DNA of 64,000 bases from Escherichia coli (lineage in GTDB: Bacteria; Pseudomonadota; Gammaproteobacteria; Enterobacterales; Enterobacteriaceae), in NCBI RefSeq assembly GCF_044647545.1, contig NZ_CP172818.1; one strand, 5' to 3'. The position numbers and the translations under genes were made by a program. Below, piece after piece: positions 59,651-64,000 of the stretch; the stretch's first letter is position 1, and the number at the start of each line of letters is the position of its first letter. The notes beneath the pieces were generated by a model. It saw only the letters and a list, made by a program, of their open reading frames with translations, searched no databases and was not told the origin of the DNA.

Positions 59651-61399
59651 ATGCATAACGACAAAGATCTCTCTACGTGGCAGACATTCCGCCGACTGTG
59701 GCCAACCATTGCGCCTTTTAAAGCGGGTCTGATCGTGGCGGGCGTAGCGTTAATCCTCAACGCAGCCAGCGATACCTTCATGTTATCGCTCCTTAAGCCA
59801 CTTCTTGATGATGGCTTTGGTAAAACAGATCGCTCCGTGCTGGTGTGGATGCCGCTGGTGGTGATCGGGCTGATGATTTTGCGTGGTATCACCAGCTATG
59901 TCTCCAGCTACTGTATCTCCTGGGTATCAGGAAAGGTGGTAATGACCATGCGTCGCCGCCTGTTTGGTCACATGATGGGAATGCCGGTTTCATTCTTTGA
60001 CAAACAGTCAACGGGTACGCTGTTGTCACGTATCACCTACGATTCCGAACAGGTTGCTTCTTCCTCTTCCGGCGCACTGATTACTGTTGTGCGTGAAGGT
60101 GCGTCGATCATCGGCCTGTTCATCATGATGTTCTATTACAGTTGGCAACTGTCGATCATTTTGATTGTGCTGGCACCGATTGTTTCGATTGCGATTCGCG
60201 TTGTATCGAAGCGTTTTCGCAATATCAGTAAAAACATGCAGAACACCATGGGGCAGGTGACCACCAGCGCCGAACAAATGCTGAAAGGCCATAAAGAAGT
60301 ATTGATTTTCGGTGGTCAGGAAGTGGAAACGAAACGCTTCGATAAAGTCAGCAACCGAATGCGTCTTCAGGGGATGAAAATGGTTTCAGCCTCTTCTATC
60401 TCTGATCCGATCATTCAGCTGATCGCCTCTTTGGCGCTGGCGTTTGTTCTGTATGCGGCAAGCTTCCCAAGTGTCATGGATAGCCTGACTGCCGGTACGA
60501 TTACCGTTGTTTTCTCTTCAATGATTGCACTTATGCGTCCGCTGAAATCGCTGACCAACGTTAACGCCCAGTTCCAGCGCGGTATGGCGGCTTGTCAGAC
60601 GCTGTTTACCATTCTGGACAGTGAGCAGGAGAAAGACGAAGGTAAGCGCGTGATCGAGCGTGCGACTGGCGACGTGGAATTCCGCAATGTCACCTTTACT
60701 TATCCGGGACGTGACGTACCCGCATTGCGTAACATCAACCTGAAAATTCCGGCAGGGAAGACGGTTGCTCTGGTTGGACGCTCTGGTTCAGGTAAATCAA
60801 CCATCGCCAGCCTGATCACGCGTTTTTACGATATTGATGAAGGCGAAATCCTGATGGATGGTCACGATCTGCGCGAGTATACCCTGGCGTCGTTACGTAA
60901 CCAGGTTGCTCTGGTGTCGCAGAATGTCCATCTGTTTAACGATACGGTTGCCAACAACATTGCTTACGCAAGGACTGAACAGTACAGCCGTGAGCAAATT
61001 GAAGAAGCGGCGCGTATGGCCTACGCTATGGACTTCATCAATAAGATGGATAACGGTCTCGATACAGTGATTGGTGAAAACGGCGTGCTGCTCTCTGGCG
61101 GTCAGCGTCAGCGTATTGCTATCGCTCGAGCCTTGTTGCGTGATAGCCCGATTCTGATTCTGGACGAAGCTACCTCGGCTCTGGATACCGAATCCGAACG
61201 TGCGATTCAGGCGGCACTGGATGAGTTGCAGAAAAACCGTACCTCTCTGGTGATTGCCCACCGCTTGTCTACCATTGAAAAGGCAGACGAAATCGTGGTC
61301 GTCGAGGATGGTGTCATTGTGGAACGCGGTACGCATAACGATTTGCTTGAGCACCGTGGCGTTTACGCGCAACTTCACAAAATGCAGTTTGGCCAATGA
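59651..61399 (+). CDS. msbA: lipid A flippase MsbA (ABC exporter)
   Basis: 582-aa ORF; Walker [10 protein letters not shown], signature LSGGQRQR. Confidence 0.95.
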   Translation: MHNDKDLSTWQTFRRLWPTIAPFKAGLIVAGVALILNAASDTFMLSLLKPLLDDGFGKTDRSVLVWMPLVVIGLMILRGITSYVSSYCISWVSGKVVMTMRRRLFGHMMGMPVSFFDKQSTGTLLSRITYDSEQVASSSSGALITVVREGASIIGLFIMMFYYSWQLSIILIVLAPIVSIAIRVVSKRFRNISKNMQNTMGQVTTSAEQMLKGHKEVLIFGGQEVETKRFDKVSNRMRLQGMKMVSASSISDPIIQLIASLALAFVLYAASFPSVMDSLTAGTITVVFSSMIALMRPLKSLTNVNAQFQRGMAACQTLFTILDSEQEKDEGKRVIERATGDVEFRNVTFTYPGRDVPALRNINLKIPAGKTVALVGRSGSGKSTIASLITRFYDIDEGEILMDGHDLREYTLASLRNQVALVSQNVHLFNDTVANNIAYARTEQYSREQIEEAARMAYAMDFINKMDNGLDTVIGENGVLLSGGQRQRIAIARALLRDSPILILDEATSALDTESERAIQAALDELQKNRTSLVIAHRLSTIEKADEIVVVEDGVIVERGTHNDLLEHRGVYAQLHKMQFGQ

Positions 61400-62382
61400 T
61401 CGAAAAAATCTGGTCTGGTGAATCCCCTTTGTGGCGGCTATTGCTGCCACTCTCCTGGTTGTATGGCCTGGTGAGTGGCGCGATCCGTCTTTGCTATAAA
61501 CTAAAACTGAAGCGCGCCTGGCGTGCCCCCGTACCGGTTGTCGTGGTTGGTAATCTCACCGCAGGCGGCAACGGAAAAACCCCGGTCGTTGTCTGGCTGG
61601 TGGAACAGTTGCAACAGCGCGGTATTCGCGTGGGGGTCGTATCGCGGGGATATGGTGGTAAGGCTGAATCTTATCCGCTGTTATTGTCGGCAGATACCAC
61701 CACAGCACAGGCGGGTGATGAACCTGTGTTGATTTATCAACGCACTGATGCGCCTGTTGCGGTTTCTCCCGTGCGTTCTGATGCGATAAAAGCCATTCTG
61801 GCGCAACACCCTGATGTGCAGATCATCGTAACCGACGACGGTTTACAGCATTACCGTCTGGCGCGTGATGTGGAAATTGTCGTTATTGATGGTGTGCGTC
61901 GCTTTGGCAATGGCTGGTGGTTGCCGGCGGGGCCAATGCGTGAGCGAGCGGGGCGCTTAAAGTCGGTTGATGCGGTAATCGTCAACGGTGGTGTCCCCCG
62001 CAGCGGTGAAATCCCCATGCATCTGCTGCCGGGTCAGGCGGTGAATTTACGTACCGGTACGCGTTGTGACGTTACTCAGCTTGAACATGTAGTGGCGATG
62101 GCGGGGATTGGACATCCGCCGCGCTTTTTTGCCACGCTGAAGATGTGCGGCGTACAACCGGAAAAATGTGTACCGCTGGCCGATCATCAGTCTTTGAACC
62201 ATGCGGATGTCAGCGCGTTGGTAAACGCCGGGCAAACGCTGGTAATGACTGAAAAGGATGCGGTTAAATGCCGGGCCTTTGCAGAAGAAAATTGGTGGTA
62301 TTTGCCTGTAGACGCACAGCTTTCAGGTGATGAACCAGCGAAACTGCTTGCGCAACTAACCTCGCTGGCTTCTGGCAACTAG
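61396..62382 (+). CDS. lpxK: tetraacyldisaccharide 4'-kinase
   Basis: 328-aa ORF overlapping msbA stop by 4 bp; P-loop-like [12 protein letters not shown]. Confidence 0.93.
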   Translation: MIEKIWSGESPLWRLLLPLSWLYGLVSGAIRLCYKLKLKRAWRAPVPVVVVGNLTAGGNGKTPVVVWLVEQLQQRGIRVGVVSRGYGGKAESYPLLLSADTTTAQAGDEPVLIYQRTDAPVAVSPVRSDAIKAILAQHPDVQIIVTDDGLQHYRLARDVEIVVIDGVRRFGNGWWLPAGPMRERAGRLKSVDAVIVNGGVPRSGEIPMHLLPGQAVNLRTGTRCDVTQLEHVVAMAGIGHPPRFFATLKMCGVQPEKCVPLADHQSLNHADVSALVNAGQTLVMTEKDAVKCRAFAEENWWYLPVDAQLSGDEPAKLLAQLTSLASGN

Positions 62383-62418
62383 TTACGCCGCGGCAGCGTT
62401 CGATTGATGGAGTCATGA

Positions 62419-63651
62419 ATGTCGCTGCCGCACCTCTCTCTTGCTGATGCGCGTAATCTTCACCTCGCCGCGCAAGGCCTGTTAAACAAACCCCGCCGTC
62501 GAGCGTCGTTGGAGGATATTCCGGCAACGATCTCCCGCATGTCCTTGCTGCAAATCGATACCATCAATATTGTTGCCCGTAGCCCATATCTGGTGCTTTT
62601 CAGTCGTCTGGGAAATTATCCTGCCCAGTGGCTGGATGAGTCTCTGGCGCGTGGCGAATTAATGGAATACTGGGCGCATGAAGCCTGCTTTATGCCGCGT
62701 AGCGATTTTCGTCTTATTCGCCACCGCATGCTGGCACCTGAAAAAATGGGCTGGAAATACAAAGACGCCTGGATGCAGGAACATGCGGCGGAAATTGCAC
62801 TGTTAATTCAGCATATTCATGATAAGGGGCCAGTACGTTCAGCCGATTTTGAGCATCCTCGTAAAGGGGCGAGCGGCTGGTGGGAGTGGAAGCCGCATAA
62901 ACGACATCTGGAAGGTTTATTTACTGCCGGAAAGGTGATGGTGATTGAACGGCGCAACTTCCAGCGCGTTTATGATTTAACTCACCGTGTCATGCCTGAC
63001 TGGGATGATGAGCGCGATCTCGTTTCGCAAGCAGAAGCAGAAATCATCATGCTGGATAACAGTGCGCGTAGCCTGGGAATATTTCGCGAACAGTGGCTGG
63101 CAGATTACTACCGGCTAAAACGTCCGGCACTGGCGGCGTGGCGTGAAGCGAGGGCTGAACAGCAGCAAATCATTGCTGTGCATGTTGAAAAATTGGGCAA
63201 TCTTTGGCTGCATGCTGATTTGCTGCCGCTACTCGAGCGTGCGCTGGCCGGAAAGCTCACTGCAACGCACAGCGCGGTACTTTCGCCTTTTGATCCTGTT
63301 GTCTGGGATCGCAAACGCGCAGAGCAGCTTTTTGATTTTAGCTACCGGCTGGAGTGCTATACCCCAGCGCCGAAACGCCAGTATGGCTATTTTGTTCTGC
63401 CGTTATTACATCGTGGGCAATTAGTTGGGCGAATGGATGCCAAAATGCATCGCCAGACAGGCATCCTTGAAGTTATCTCTCTGTGGTTACAGGAAGGCAT
63501 TAAACCAACGACAACGCTGCAAAAAGGGTTACGTCAGGCGATTACTGATTTCGCTAACTGGCAGCAGGCAACGCGGGTGACATTAGGACGCTGCCCGCAA
63601 GGCCTCTTTACTGATTGCCGCACCGGCTGGGAAATAGACCCCGTCGCATAA
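62419..63651 (+). CDS. ycaQ: winged-helix DNA-binding protein YcaQ (AlkZ-like HTH_42 family, DNA glycosylase family)
   Basis: 410-aa ORF; recognised YcaQ sequence; contains QID segment (LLQIDTINIVAR) near N-terminus. Confidence 0.85.
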   Translation: MSLPHLSLADARNLHLAAQGLLNKPRRRASLEDIPATISRMSLLQIDTINIVARSPYLVLFSRLGNYPAQWLDESLARGELMEYWAHEACFMPRSDFRLIRHRMLAPEKMGWKYKDAWMQEHAAEIALLIQHIHDKGPVRSADFEHPRKGASGWWEWKPHKRHLEGLFTAGKVMVIERRNFQRVYDLTHRVMPDWDDERDLVSQAEAEIIMLDNSARSLGIFREQWLADYYRLKRPALAAWREARAEQQQIIAVHVEKLGNLWLHADLLPLLERALAGKLTATHSAVLSPFDPVVWDRKRAEQLFDFSYRLECYTPAPKRQYGYFVLPLLHRGQLVGRMDAKMHRQTGILEVISLWLQEGIKPTTTLQKGLRQAITDFANWQQATRVTLGRCPQGLFTDCRTGWEIDPVA

Positions 63652-63702
63652 ATGATTATGATAAGATTTATGCATTCATAACCCGATCCATCTGGAGGAA
63701 CT

Positions 63703-64000
<298 letters not shown>

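Overview
This 64-kb window reads as conserved Escherichia coli-type core chromosome, not an accessory island. The gene order matches the ybjT-ltaE-poxB-hcr-hcp-ybjE-aqpZ-ybjD-ybjX-macAB-cspD-clpSA-serW-infA-aat-cydCD-trxB-lrp-ftsK-lolA-rarA-serS-dmsABC-ycaC-ycaD-ycaM-ycaN-ycaK-pflA-pflB-focA-ycaO-ycaP-serC-aroA-ycaL-cmk-rpsA-ihfB-ycaI-msbA-lpxK-ycaQ-ycaR-kdsB segment as I recall it from E. coli K-12. I support 49 protein-coding genes (two truncated at the window edges), one tRNA-Ser(GGA), a two-repeat orphan CRISPR remnant with type I-F-like repeats, one REP element, tandem repeats inside ftsK, several intrinsic terminators and a few operator-like sites (LexA box before ftsK, FNR-like palindromes before dmsA and focA). 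Gene identities come from reading the supplied translations for family motifs and from recalled gene order; no database search was run. I found no integrase, transposase, phage or plasmid genes and no convincing undescribed multi-gene system. The items most worth a second look are ybjD (a standalone OLD-family ATPase-Toprim nuclease), the orphan CRISPR remnant beside serW, a structured ERIC/REP-like element between ybjE and aqpZ, the standalone YcaO-domain gene, and ycaQ inside the msbA-lpxK-kdsB envelope operon.
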